Part shown: positions 20,519 through 30,284 of the stretch, piece by piece
How positions within the stretch are numbered: the first letter of the stretch is position 1
Layout: each line of letters begins with the position of its first letter
NCBI GenBank assembly: GCA_963750755.1
Contig: CAVVRW010000005.1
Coordinates: 72,605-136,604, forward strand
Length of the DNA stretch: 64,000 bases
DNA from: an uncultured Actinomycetota bacterium
Lineage (GTDB): Bacteria; Actinomycetota; Actinomycetes; Mycobacteriales; Mycobacteriaceae
Direction of reading: 5' to 3'
The notes under the pieces: model-generated
What the model was told of the DNA's origin: nothing
Seen by the model: only the letters and a program-made list of their open reading frames with translations
Database searches by the model: none
Made by a program: the position numbers and the translations under genes

Positions 20519-21174
20519 ACTTTGGAACCCAGCCCAGCAATCAAGTTGATCGTGACTGCCAGGACGACGGCGCCAAGCAGATACGACAGCAGCGCGTGCC
20601 GCAGGATCGTCGCCCTGATGGTGCTCGACCCGATCTCGGTGTCGGAGACCTGAAACGTCATGCCGATCGTGTAGGCGAGGTACGCGAAATCCCGAAAGCG
20701 TGGCTGGTTGGGATCGTGAAAGTTGATGCCGCCCGGTTCATCTGAGTAGTAGAGCCGCGCGTAATGCACGGTGAACAACGAGTGCACCGCGAACCAGGAC
20801 GCGCCGACGGTCAGAATGCCGACCAGGGCGGCCTCCAACGAGCCGTTGCCCGACAGTTTCGATCCGGCCGCCACCACGTAGCCGACACCCACCAGGCTCG
20901 CCATGCTCGCGGTCAGAATGACGACGTCGGCGACCCATCTGGTGGGGTCCTCCCGCGTCACCCAACGGCACGTCTGCTCGGCGTCCATTCCGCTCAAAAT
21001 GCATTGTGTCCACAACACATACAGCGTCGCGGCGGCCACCCAACCGACAAGCGCAAATCGCCAGCCGACCGTATTGCCCACTACAAGAGCGACGACGACG
21101 CCGAGCATCACCGAGACCAAGATCCGGACCGCGACGGTGTCGCGGAAAAACTTCGAGAGGGAATCCACGATCAC
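20515..21174 (-). CDS. DUF1345-family integral membrane protein
   Basis: 219-aa ORF with multiple TM segments and [16 protein letters not shown], which is typical of DUF1345. Confidence 0.65.
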
Positions 21175-21206
21175 GACCTAACCATTGACAGGCCGGTCGG
21201 CTCAGC

Positions 21207-21821
21207 TCATCGGATAACGCGATACCGAATGTGAATTACACCCGGAGCTTCGAGCACCCGGTCGAGCGTCAACGGGGGCTGTCCGGCCCCGAAGCCGTCG
21301 AACAGGCGCTCACCCGAGCCGAGAATGACCGGGTTCACCTGGAGGTCGATTTCGTCGACGAGGCCCGCGGCAATCGCTTGCCGGGCGCACGAGGCCCCGC
21401 CCGCGATCGAGATCGGCGCGCCGGCCGCCGCCTCCTCCGCCTGGGCATAGGCCGCCTCGATCCCGTCGGTGACGAAATGAAACGTCGTCCCGCCCTGCAG
21501 TTCGATCGGGTCGTGGGGGTGGTGGGTCAGCACAAAGACCGGGCAGTGGTACGGCGGTTCGTCACCCCACCAGCCCTGCCAATCCGAGTCACCCCACGGT
21601 CCGCGGATCGGCCCGAACATGTTGCGGCCCATGATCGTTGCGCCCATGCCGTCGAGCATCTCGGAGATCACCTGCCGATTGGCCGGATGATCTTTGGTGT
21701 CGCCGAGGTGCCAGTCGTGCAGCGCTTCACCGCCGACGCCGAGCGGGTGCTCCTGACATTGGCCGGGCCCCGCGACATAGCCGTCGGCGGAAATCGACAT
21801 CGAAAGGTTTGTTCTGCTCAC
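21207..21821 (-). CDS. Dihydrofolate-reductase-like (RibD C-terminal domain) family protein
   Basis: 204-aa ORF with the pattern SISADGYVAGP ... VFVLTHH ... VDEIDLQVNPVILGSGERLF. Confidence 0.75.
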   Translation of the reverse strand: MSRTNLSMSISADGYVAGPGQCQEHPLGVGGEALHDWHLGDTKDHPANRQVISEMLDGMGATIMGRNMFGPIRGPWGDSDWQGWWGDEPPYHCPVFVLTHHPHDPIELQGGTTFHFVTDGIEAAYAQAEEAAAGAPISIAGGASCARQAIAAGLVDEIDLQVNPVILGSGERLFDGFGAGQPPLTLDRVLEAPGVIHIRYRVIR

Positions 21822-21869
21822 CTCTGAACAGACCGTCGCCGCGCTCGATACTCATCGCGAGCGCCTAAT

Positions 21870-22808
21870 GTGGCGCTCGTGGACTTCCGGGTATTCGTCG
21901 AACCTCAGCAAGGTGCCAATTACGCCGACCAAGTCGCGGTCGCGGTGGCCGCGGAATCGCTGGGCTACTCCGCGTTCTTCCGCTCCGATCACTACCTGGC
22001 GATGAGCGGCGACGGCCAGCCGGGTCCGACGGACTCATGGATCACGCTGGGCGGCATCGCGCGCGAGACCTCTACCATCCGGCTTGGCACGCTGGTCACC
22101 TCGGCGACATTCCGCCACCCAGGTCCGCTGGCCATCTCGGTGGCCCAGGTCGACGAAATGAGCAACGGGCGAGTCGAATTCGGGCTCGGCACCGGCTGGT
22201 TCGAGCAGGAGCACCTCGCCTACGCCATCCCGTTCCCGCCGCTGCGCGAACGCTTCGACCGGCTCACCGAGCAACTCGAGCTGATCACCGGCCTGTGGAC
22301 CGCGCCGCTCGGTGAGAAGTTCGACTACGCGGGAACGCACTACGCCGTCAAAGATTCGCCGGCGTTGCCCAAGCCGGTCCAGCGCCCGCATCCGCCGATT
22401 CTGATCGGAGGGTCGGGCGCCAAGCGGACGCCGCGTCTGGCCGCCACCTTCGCCGACGAATACAACGTGCCGTTCGCGCCGTTGGACACCATCGCGACGC
22501 AGTTCAACCGGGTCCGCGAGGCGGTCGACGCGGTCGGCCGGCCCGCTGATTCGATGACGTACTCCGCGGCCTTCGTGGTGTGCGCCGGCCGTGACAACGC
22601 CGAGATCGCCAAGCGGGCCGCCGCGATCGGGCGTGAGGTCGACGAGTTGCGGTCCAACTCGCCGCTGGCCGGCACACCGGCGCAGATCGTCGATCAACTC
22701 GGCCCGTTCGCCGAGATCGGCGTGCAACGGGTCTACCTGCAGCTGCTGGACATGTCCGACCTCGATCACCTGCAGCTTTTCGCCGACGAAGTGCAACGAC
22801 AGCTCTGA
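21870..22808 (+). CDS. LLM-class (luciferase-like) probable F420-dependent oxidoreductase
   Basis: 312-aa ORF with the pattern FRSDHYL ... RVEFGLGTGW ... PPILIGGSG. Confidence 0.8.
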   Translation: MALVDFRVFVEPQQGANYADQVAVAVAAESLGYSAFFRSDHYLAMSGDGQPGPTDSWITLGGIARETSTIRLGTLVTSATFRHPGPLAISVAQVDEMSNGRVEFGLGTGWFEQEHLAYAIPFPPLRERFDRLTEQLELITGLWTAPLGEKFDYAGTHYAVKDSPALPKPVQRPHPPILIGGSGAKRTPRLAATFADEYNVPFAPLDTIATQFNRVREAVDAVGRPADSMTYSAAFVVCAGRDNAEIAKRAAAIGREVDELRSNSPLAGTPAQIVDQLGPFAEIGVQRVYLQLLDMSDLDHLQLFADEVQRQL

Positions 22809-22822
22809 CGTAGCATCAGGGT

Positions 22823-23278
22823 GTGGCTGGCCTTCCGGATGACCCGAGCGAGGCGTCGACGCGGATGGCGGACTACAGCGTCGACGGTCCACAGGTTCCC
22901 GCGCCCGACGCTGCGCCGAACCCGTGGTACCGCAGCCGTGCGCTGTTGGCCCTATGGGTGTTGATGGTGGCGCTGCTGGTCACGTTGATCGTCTACGGCA
23001 TCGTCGAGCTGTCGCGCGGCGGGACCAGCGTCCCCGCGCCGCACACGTCGACCACCACACCGACGCGATCGTCCACGACGTCACCGTCGACCACCACCAC
23101 GGCTACCAGCGAAGTGCCGCCTCCCGCGACGCCCGAGCAGACGCCCGAAGAGGCGCCGCCCCCGCCGGCCAACAATTCCCCTGCCCCCGCCGAGCCGCCG
23201 CAGCACCATCACCATTTGCACGTCCCGTCGACAATTACGTTGCCACACACGGTGATTACGGTTCCGCACGGTTTCTGA
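22823..23278 (+). CDS. Small single-pass membrane protein with a Thr/Pro-rich ectodomain and His-rich C-terminus (paralog 1 of 3)
   Basis: 151 aa. PDDPSEA ... PWYRSR, then a TM segment, then TSTTTPT.., then QHHHHLH. Confidence 0.6.
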   Translation: MAGLPDDPSEASTRMADYSVDGPQVPAPDAAPNPWYRSRALLALWVLMVALLVTLIVYGIVELSRGGTSVPAPHTSTTTPTRSSTTSPSTTTTATSEVPPPATPEQTPEEAPPPPANNSPAPAEPPQHHHHLHVPSTITLPHTVITVPHGF

Positions 23279-23318
23279 GCCGCCGCCGCTGCAACGCAGT
23301 CAGGTCCCGAGGCTAGGA

Positions 23319-23756
23319 TTGGCGTACGTGACCGGCATCAAACCTCCCGAAGACCCCAGCGAAGCGCCGACCGGCCTTTACGACTTCGGCACCGAGGGCC
23401 AAGGGGATCCCGAACGGGGCTCCGCCCCCTGGTATCGCCGGCCGATCATCTCGCTGAGCGCCGCCCTGTTCGCTGCAATTCTGCTCGGGTTGGCGATCTA
23501 CTTTCTCGCCGATCAGACCCGGGGATCCGGCGGTACGAAGCAAACACCCACCTCGCCGACCACGCCCACGTCGGCACCGCCGACCAGCAAGCCCACCACG
23601 ACCACCGAGCCCGCGGCGCCGGCGGAGACGACGACGATGACGTTCGCGCCGTCGACGAGCGAGCCGACCACCACGGCCCCCACCAACCCGCCGACGACGA
23701 CCACGACCGTCGACGGCCACCACCATCACCACCACCACGACGGCGGGACGCCTTAG
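23319..23756 (+). CDS. Small single-pass membrane protein with a Thr/Pro-rich ectodomain and His7 run (paralog 2 of 3)
   Basis: 145 aa (alternative GTG start at 23328). PEDPSEA ... PWYRRP, then a TM segment, then a T/P-rich region, then GHHHHHHHDGGTP. Confidence 0.6.
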   Translation: MAYVTGIKPPEDPSEAPTGLYDFGTEGQGDPERGSAPWYRRPIISLSAALFAAILLGLAIYFLADQTRGSGGTKQTPTSPTTPTSAPPTSKPTTTTEPAAPAETTTMTFAPSTSEPTTTAPTNPPTTTTTVDGHHHHHHHDGGTP

Positions 23757-23758
23757 CA

Positions 23759-24163
23759 GTGAACGGCAACCGACCACCCTACGACGGATACACGCAGGGC
23801 GTCGACGAGACCGAGCGCTTCAGCGCCGCCGAAAAGCCCTGGTACCTCAAACGGTGGGTCCTCGCCCTCTGGGGACTGGCCGTGGCGATCCTGATCACCA
23901 TCATCATCTACGGGCTGACCATCCTGGCGCGGGGCAACGGCGGCGGTACGCCGGCCCCGACCACCACCCGAACACCAACCACCACGTCGGAGCACACCAT
24001 CTCCACCTCGACGACACCGTCTACAACCGAGCCGACCACGTCGCCTCCACCGGAGGAAAGCACCATCGACCCGGCACCGACCGCGACCTGGACCCCGCAA
24101 CATCCGCGGCATCGCTGGTGGCACAGCAATTTGCCCCCGCTACCGCCGATCCCGCACTTCTAA
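23759..24163 (+). CDS. Small single-pass membrane protein with a Thr/Pro-rich ectodomain and His/Trp-rich C-terminus (paralog 3 of 3)
   Basis: 134 aa. KPWYLKRW, then a TM segment, then a T/P-rich region, then QHPRHRWWH. It starts 2 nt after the previous stop. Confidence 0.6.
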   Translation: MNGNRPPYDGYTQGVDETERFSAAEKPWYLKRWVLALWGLAVAILITIIIYGLTILARGNGGGTPAPTTTRTPTTTSEHTISTSTTPSTTEPTTSPPPEESTIDPAPTATWTPQHPRHRWWHSNLPPLPPIPHF

Positions 24164-24298
24164 CCTGGACCGGTACGCAGCGTTCACGGTCAGTCGCCAC
24201 GCGCGACGACACCCAAGTTAGGGCATCCTTCGTCGCGGTAGCCCTTTCGAGGATGTCACTATGAGCATGCTTACACGGCTTGAGCAGGTGCAGTATCA

Positions 24299-24341
24299 AG
24301 TTACTGGCGAGTAACATAGTCGAAGTTACCGGTCAGTAACA
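24299..24341. promoter_or_regulatory. Two tandem palindromic sites AGTTAC-N6-GTAACA, 25 bp apart, upstream of the Fe-S reductase gene
   Basis: 24299-24316 reads AGTTACtggcgaGTAACA and 24324-24341 reads AGTTACcggtcaGTAACA. The second site ends 21 nt before the GTG at 24363. Confidence 0.55.
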
Positions 24342-24362
24342 CTGAATATTGGGGAGAGCTTC

Positions 24363-27329
24363 GTGCACACGCAGATGCTGATCAGATTGATCGTCGGCCT
24401 GGGCGGGACCGCGGTCATCGCTTTGCTCGCGCTCCGCCGAGTGCTCTGGCTGGTCAAACTCACCATGTCCGGCCAGCCCGTCACCGGTAGGACCGACGAT
24501 GTCGGCTCCCGAGTCTGGGCCCAGGTCTCCGAGGTGTTCGGCCAGCGCAAACTGCTGAAATGGTCGGTCCCCGGCGTGGCGCACTTTTTGACCATGTGGG
24601 GCTTCTTCATCCTGATCACGGTGTACATCGAGGCGTACGGCGCCCTCTTCGTACCGAACTTCCACATCCCGATCGTCGGCCGGTGGGATGCATTGGGCTT
24701 CCTGCAGGACTTCATCGCCCTCGGCGTGCTCGTCGGCATCACCACGTTCGCGATCATCCGGCTGCGCTCCGAGCCTAAGGAATACGGCCGCTCGTCGCGG
24801 TTCTACGGCTCACACACCGGTGGCGCCTGGCTGATCCTGTTCATGATTTTCCTGGTCATCTTCAGCTTCTCGTTCTTCCGCGGCGCTTCGGCGAACGTCG
24901 GCACCCTCCCGTACGGGTGGGGCGCGTTCTTCTCGCACGGCATGGGCGTGCTCATGCATCCGCTGGGCACCACCGCCAACGAGTGGATCGAGACGGTCGC
25001 GTTGCTCGCCCACATCGCCGTGGCGCTGATCTTCCTGGTGATCGTGCTGCACTCCAAGCACCTGCACATCTTCCTGGCGCCGATCAACGTCACCTTCAAG
25101 CGACTGCCCAACGGCTTGGGTCCGCTGCTGCCGCTCGAGGCCGACGGGAAGCCGATCGACTTCGAAAACCCGCCGGACGACGCCACTTTCGGCCGCGGCA
25201 AGATCGAGGACTTCACCTGGAAGGGCAATCTCGACTTCGCCACCTGCACCGAGTGCGGGCGCTGCCAGTCGCAGTGTCCGGCCTGGAACACCGGAAAGCC
25301 GTTGTCTCCCAAGCTCGTCATCATGGACCTGCGCGATCACTGGATGGCCAAGGCTCCCTACATCCTGGGCGAAAAAGAGAGTCCGCTGCAGAGCACGCCT
25401 GAGGGCGGCCTCACCGAAGACTTGACCGGCGAAAAGCACGACGAGGAACACCACGTGCCCGAATCGGGCTTCGGCCGCATTGTCGGCTCGGGTCCCGAGC
25501 AGGCGACGCGGCCGCTGGTCGGCACCGCAGAACAGGGCGGTGTGATCGACCCCGACGTGCTGTGGTCCTGCGTCAACTGTGGCGCCTGCGTCGAGCAGTG
25601 TCCCGTGGACATCGAGCACATCGACCACATCGTCGACATGCGCCGCTACCAGGTGATGATGGAGTCCGAGTTTCCCTCGGAGCTCTCGGTGTTGTTCAAA
25701 AACCTTGAGACCAAAGCCAATCCGTGGGGCCAGAACGCGTCCGACCGGACCAACTGGATCAGCGAGGTCGATTTCGACGTCCCGGTCTACGGCGAGGATG
25801 TCGACAGCTTCGAAGGCTTCGAGTACTTGTTCTGGGTCGGCTGTGCCGGCGCCTACGACGACAAGGCGAAAAAGACCACCAAGGCCGTCGCCGAACTGCT
25901 GGCCACCGCCGGGGTGAAGTACCTGGTGCTGGGCACCGGCGAGACCTGCAACGGTGACTCGGCCCGCCGCTCGGGCAACGAGTTCCTCTTCCAGCAATTG
26001 GCCGCGCAGGCCAAGGAAAGCCTGGACGACTTGTTCGAGGGCGTGGAGACCGTCGACCGCAAGATCGTGGTGACGTGCCCGCACTGCTTCAACACCCTGG
26101 GCCGCGAGTACAAGCAGCTCGGTGGCAACTACTCCGTGCTGCACCACACCCAGCTGCTCAACCGGCTGGTGCGCGACAAGCAACTGGTTCCGGTGAGCCC
26201 CGTCTCCGAAGACGTGACCTACCACGACCCGTGCTTCCTGGGCCGGCACAACAAGGTCTACGAGGCCCCCCGCGAACTGATCGGCGCGGCCGGCGCGAAG
26301 CTGGCCGAGATGCCGCGGCACGCCGACCGCAGCTTCTGCTGTGGCGCCGGCGGCGCCCGGATGTGGATGGAAGAGCACATCGGCAAGCGGATCAACCACG
26401 ACCGTGTCGACGAAGCGCTGGCCACCGGCGCCACCACGGTCGCGACCGCGTGCCCGTTCTGCCGGGTGATGGTCACCGACGGCGTCAACGACCGCCAGGA
26501 GGCGGCCGGCCGGGAAGGCGTCGACGTCCGCGACGTGGCGCAGCTGTTACTCGAGTCGCTCGACCGCGGCACGATCACGCTGCCGAAGAAGGGCACCGCC
26601 GCCAAGGAAGCCGCCGAGCGTGCGGAGAAGGTCGAAAAGGCCGCCCCCAAGGCGTCCACCGCCACCGCGACCGCTCCGGCCGAGGAAGACGCACAGCCGG
26701 AGGCCGCAGCGCCGGCGGAGGACAAGGTCGCCGAAGCAACCACCGCGGCCGCCCCGGTCAAGGGTCTGGGCATCGCGGGCGGCGCTAAGCGCCCGGGTGC
26801 CAAGAAGGCGGCTCCCAAAGCCGAAGCGGCGCAAGCTCCCACGGCCTCCGAGGAGGACGCTCCCGAGGCCAAGGCGGCTGCCGCGCCCGTGAAGGGTCTG
26901 GGCATCGCCGGTGGCGCCAAGCGCCCAGGTGCCAAGAAGGCGGCCGCCAAGCCGGAAGCCGCAAAGCCGGACGCCACAGCGCCGTCCGCACCCGCTGCCG
27001 AGCCCGAGACGACGTCCGAGCCGGCGGCGGAGGCCAAGGCGCCGGCCGCACCCGTCAAGGGCCTGGGCATCGCCGCCGGGGCCAAGCGCCCAGGCGCCAA
27101 GAAGGCCGCCGCACCGACCGCAAAGTCGGAAGCCGCACAGCCGGAAGCGGCACCCGCGGCACCGGAAGTTAAGCCCGAAGCCGAGTCCAAGCCTGAGCCC
27201 GAGGCGAAGGAGGAGCCACAATCCACGCCTGCGGACGGCGGCGGCAACGGCGACGGTGACGCGGCGCCGGCCGCTCCGGTCAAGGGTCTGGGCATCGCCC
27301 GCGGGGCCCGTCCACCAGGTAAGCGCTGA
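24363..27329 (+). CDS. Membrane-anchored (Fe-S)-binding reductase with heterodisulfide-reductase-like CCG domains, Rv0338c-like
   Basis: 988-aa ORF with N-terminal TM segments, two 4Fe-4S motifs (CTECGRCQSQCP and CVNCGACVEQCP), CCG-type Cys motifs and an Ala/Pro/Lys-rich repeat tail. Confidence 0.85.
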   Translation: MHTQMLIRLIVGLGGTAVIALLALRRVLWLVKLTMSGQPVTGRTDDVGSRVWAQVSEVFGQRKLLKWSVPGVAHFLTMWGFFILITVYIEAYGALFVPNFHIPIVGRWDALGFLQDFIALGVLVGITTFAIIRLRSEPKEYGRSSRFYGSHTGGAWLILFMIFLVIFSFSFFRGASANVGTLPYGWGAFFSHGMGVLMHPLGTTANEWIETVALLAHIAVALIFLVIVLHSKHLHIFLAPINVTFKRLPNGLGPLLPLEADGKPIDFENPPDDATFGRGKIEDFTWKGNLDFATCTECGRCQSQCPAWNTGKPLSPKLVIMDLRDHWMAKAPYILGEKESPLQSTPEGGLTEDLTGEKHDEEHHVPESGFGRIVGSGPEQATRPLVGTAEQGGVIDPDVLWSCVNCGACVEQCPVDIEHIDHIVDMRRYQVMMESEFPSELSVLFKNLETKANPWGQNASDRTNWISEVDFDVPVYGEDVDSFEGFEYLFWVGCAGAYDDKAKKTTKAVAELLATAGVKYLVLGTGETCNGDSARRSGNEFLFQQLAAQAKESLDDLFEGVETVDRKIVVTCPHCFNTLGREYKQLGGNYSVLHHTQLLNRLVRDKQLVPVSPVSEDVTYHDPCFLGRHNKVYEAPRELIGAAGAKLAEMPRHADRSFCCGAGGARMWMEEHIGKRINHDRVDEALATGATTVATACPFCRVMVTDGVNDRQEAAGREGVDVRDVAQLLLESLDRGTITLPKKGTAAKEAAERAEKVEKAAPKASTATATAPAEEDAQPEAAAPAEDKVAEATTAAAPVKGLGIAGGAKRPGAKKAAPKAEAAQAPTASEEDAPEAKAAAAPVKGLGIAGGAKRPGAKKAAAKPEAAKPDATAPSAPAAEPETTSEPAAEAKAPAAPVKGLGIAAGAKRPGAKKAAAPTAKSEAAQPEAAPAAPEVKPEAESKPEPEAKEEPQSTPADGGGNGDGDAAPAAPVKGLGIARGARPPGKR
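26752..27326 (+). repeat. Four in-frame copies of a ~20-aa Lys/Ala/Gly-rich unit (APVKGLGIAGGAKRPGAKKAA) in the reductase C-terminus
   Basis: Copies start near 26752, 26884, 27050 and 27275. They are separated by Ala/Pro/Glu-rich spacers. Confidence 0.85.
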
Positions 27330-27384
27330 TCAGGCCGTCGAAAGAATTATTAATTAGATAGACAACCATGGCACCATTGGTGAT

Positions 27385-28650
27385 GTGACCACTCACCAGC
27401 TGCCGTGGCAGAGCGCGGGGCATCAGCCGCGGCAGCGTACGTTCGCGCAGTCGTCGAAGCTGCAGGACGTGCTCTACGAGATCCGCGGCCCGGTGCACGA
27501 TCACGCCGCGCGGCTGGAAGCCGAGGGGCATCGCATCCTCAAGCTGAACATCGGCAACCCCGCGCCGTTCGGCTTCGATGCGCCCGACGTCATCATGCGC
27601 GACATGATTCAGGCGCTGCCGTACGCGCAGGGCTACTCCGATTCCAAAGGCATTCTGCCGGCGCGGCGCGCAGTGGTCACCCGCTACGAACTCGTCGATG
27701 GCTTCCCGCGTTTCGACGTCGACGACGTATACCTGGGCAACGGGGTTTCCGAGCTGATCACGCTGACCCTGCAAGCGTTGCTGGACAACGGCGATCAGGT
27801 GCTGATCCCCGCACCGGACTACCCGCTGTGGACCGCCTCGACGTCGCTGGCGGGCGGCACCCCGGTGCACTACCTGTGCGACGAAACCCAGGGCTGGCAG
27901 CCGGACATCGCCGACATCGAGTCGAAGATCACCGAGCGCACCAAAGCGTTGGTGGTCATCAACCCGAACAACCCCACCGGCGCCGTCTACAGCCGCGAAA
28001 TCCTCACGCAGATAGCCGATTTGGCGCGTAAGCACCAGCTGCTGCTGCTCGCCGACGAGATCTACGACAAGATCCTCTACGACGACGCCGAGCACATCAG
28101 CCTGGCGTCGATGGCGCCGGACCTGCTGTGCCTCACGTTCAATGGGCTATCCAAGGCCTATCGGGTCGCCGGGTATCGGGCCGGGTGGCTGGCCATCACC
28201 GGGCCGAAGGATCACGCCGGCAGCTTCATCGAAGGCATCCATCTGCTGGCGAATATGCGGTTGTGCCCAAATGTTCCGGCGCAGCACGCGATTCAGGTCG
28301 CGCTGGGTGGTCACCAGAGCATCGACGACTTGGTCTTGCCCGGTGGGCGGCTGCTCGAGCAGCGCGACGTCGCGTGGTCCAAGCTGAACGAGATCCCCGG
28401 GGTGTCGTGCGTCAAGCCCGCCGGCGCGCTGTATACGTTCCCGCGACTCGATCCCGAGGTATACGAAATCGCCGACGACGAGCAACTCGTCCTCGATTTG
28501 CTGTTGCAGGAGAAGATTCTCGTCACCCAAGGGACCGGGTTCAATTGGCCCGCACCGGATCACCTGCGGATCGTCACCCTGCCGTGGTCGCGCGACCTGG
28601 CCCGGGCCATCGAGCGGCTCGGCAACTTCCTGGTCAGTTACCGGCAGTAG
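27385..28650 (+). CDS. aspC: PLP-dependent aminotransferase, AlaA/AspC (Rv0337c-like) type
   Basis: 421-aa ORF with LKLNIGNPAPFGF, NPNNPTGAVY and the PLP-lysine motif FNGLSKAYRVAGYRAGW. Confidence 0.88.
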   Translation: MTTHQLPWQSAGHQPRQRTFAQSSKLQDVLYEIRGPVHDHAARLEAEGHRILKLNIGNPAPFGFDAPDVIMRDMIQALPYAQGYSDSKGILPARRAVVTRYELVDGFPRFDVDDVYLGNGVSELITLTLQALLDNGDQVLIPAPDYPLWTASTSLAGGTPVHYLCDETQGWQPDIADIESKITERTKALVVINPNNPTGAVYSREILTQIADLARKHQLLLLADEIYDKILYDDAEHISLASMAPDLLCLTFNGLSKAYRVAGYRAGWLAITGPKDHAGSFIEGIHLLANMRLCPNVPAQHAIQVALGGHQSIDDLVLPGGRLLEQRDVAWSKLNEIPGVSCVKPAGALYTFPRLDPEVYEIADDEQLVLDLLLQEKILVTQGTGFNWPAPDHLRIVTLPWSRDLARAIERLGNFLVSYRQ

Positions 28651-29060
28651 CCAGTTTGCCGACCGGCCGGCGACGGCACGAGAAAACGCCCCGCCCAAAT
28701 TTGAACTTTCTATGAATCTGACCACTCAACGCGCGCCGTGATGAAACTTAGGCGCACTATGGGTTACATCTTGCCAATGTTTCCGCCTCGACGGCTTGCC
28801 ACGTAGTAGTGGCTGCGCGAGAGGTTCTGCGGTGCTTACGGGGGTGCGGCGGATCGACTAGCAGTTGATGCCTCGAGTGGCCTTCGCGTGCCCCCGCGCT
28901 TTTGCGCTTACGAAACCGCGTCAGTGGATCTGGCTAGGTCAGCTTCTACAGAAAGGAGAGTTGCGATGTTCTCTGTTGCAGAGCAGACACAGTCGCCCGC
29001 AGCAGCGGCCGACCGCAACCGATCGTGTACCTCAACGTTTCCGAGCTTGGACCGTTGACG

Positions 29061-30281
29061 ATGGACTACGGCGCGTTACCCCCTGAAATCAATTCTGGCA
29101 GAATGTATTCCGGCCCCGGCTCGATGCCCATGCGGGCGGCTTCAGCGGCCTGGAACCTGCTCGCAGCCGAGCTCGAATCGGCCGCTACCCAGTACCAATC
29201 GACGATCGACATCCTCGATGACGAGTGGCTCGGACCGACATCAGCGACAATGGCTGCCGCCGTCGACCCCTACATCGCCTGGATGACCGCGACCGGAGCA
29301 CTTGCCGGCCAGACCGCGGCCCAGGCTTCGGACGCCGCGACTGCCTACGAGGCGGCATTCGCGATGACCGTCCCTCCAATGGAGGTGGCCGCCAACCGCG
29401 CGCAGCTGGCCATGCTGGTCGCGACCAATGTCATCGGCCAGAACACACCGGCGATCGCCGTCAACGAAGCGATGTACGGCGAGATGTGGGCACAGGACGC
29501 CGCTGCCATGTACGGCTACGCCGGGAGCTCGGCGGCGGCATCGGCGGTCAAGCCGTTTACTCAGGCCCCGGAGACGTCCAACCCGGCCGCGCAGGCGATG
29601 CAGGGTTCGGCTGTCAGCCAGGCCAACGGCGCCAGCACCGGGGCCGGCGTGCAGTCGCAGCTGCAGCAGATCACGTCGGCGATCCCTGGCTCGCTGAAGC
29701 AGCTCACCTCGCCGATGTCCGCGGCGGCGGCCAACCCGCAGGGCTGGCTTGGCCAGTTCCTCGACTTCTTGGACGGCGCGGACGGTAACTCCCTCGGAAC
29801 CTTCCTGAACTCCAGCTTCGTGAACGGTTTCGTGTCTGGCTCATACGTCAGCCCCGCGATCGTTACACCCGCGATCACCAGCGGTTTGGCCGACATCAAC
29901 TCGTTGAACCCAGCCGTCGAGTCGGCGCCTGGCGGAACGGGAGTTACCGGACTGATCACGCCGCAACCGCCGGCGCCGCTACCGGCGGCTGTGCCGAATG
30001 TGGGCGTCTCAGTGAACACATCCGGCAGCACGTTGGTCGGCCGGCTGTCCGTCCCGCCTGCCTGGTCGGCGACGGCGCAGGTCGCCAACCACAGCGGGGT
30101 CACCTACGCGGGCGGTGGCTGGACCAACGCGGTGGGACCGGCCGGCGGCGGCACAGGAGCCGTCCCGGCCGGCATGCCGGGCATGCCAGGCGCGTCCGGC
30201 GCGCGTGCCGCCGGCTTCGGCCACGGTCCCCGTTACGGAAACCGGCTGACCGTCATGGGACGTCCGCTGTCGGGTGGCTGA
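29061..30281 (+). CDS. PPE-family protein (SVP subfamily)
   Basis: [21 protein letters not shown] ..., a C-terminal [10 protein letters not shown] motif, and an Ala/Gly/Ser-rich middle. I prefer the start at 29061 to the track start 29025. Confidence 0.9.
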   Translation: MDYGALPPEINSGRMYSGPGSMPMRAASAAWNLLAAELESAATQYQSTIDILDDEWLGPTSATMAAAVDPYIAWMTATGALAGQTAAQASDAATAYEAAFAMTVPPMEVAANRAQLAMLVATNVIGQNTPAIAVNEAMYGEMWAQDAAAMYGYAGSSAAASAVKPFTQAPETSNPAAQAMQGSAVSQANGASTGAGVQSQLQQITSAIPGSLKQLTSPMSAAAANPQGWLGQFLDFLDGADGNSLGTFLNSSFVNGFVSGSYVSPAIVTPAITSGLADINSLNPAVESAPGGTGVTGLITPQPPAPLPAAVPNVGVSVNTSGSTLVGRLSVPPAWSATAQVANHSGVTYAGGGWTNAVGPAGGGTGAVPAGMPGMPGASGARAAGFGHGPRYGNRLTVMGRPLSGG

Positions 30282-30284
30282 GCG

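Noticed and set aside
28651-29060. Search for a PE gene or other CDS in the AT-richer region upstream of the PPE gene, including track ORF 28865..29086.
   Set aside because: There is no PE-like N-terminus (MSF..PE). ORF 28865..29086 has poor codon bias and overlaps the PPE start. Only the 30-codon uORF seemed worth reporting.
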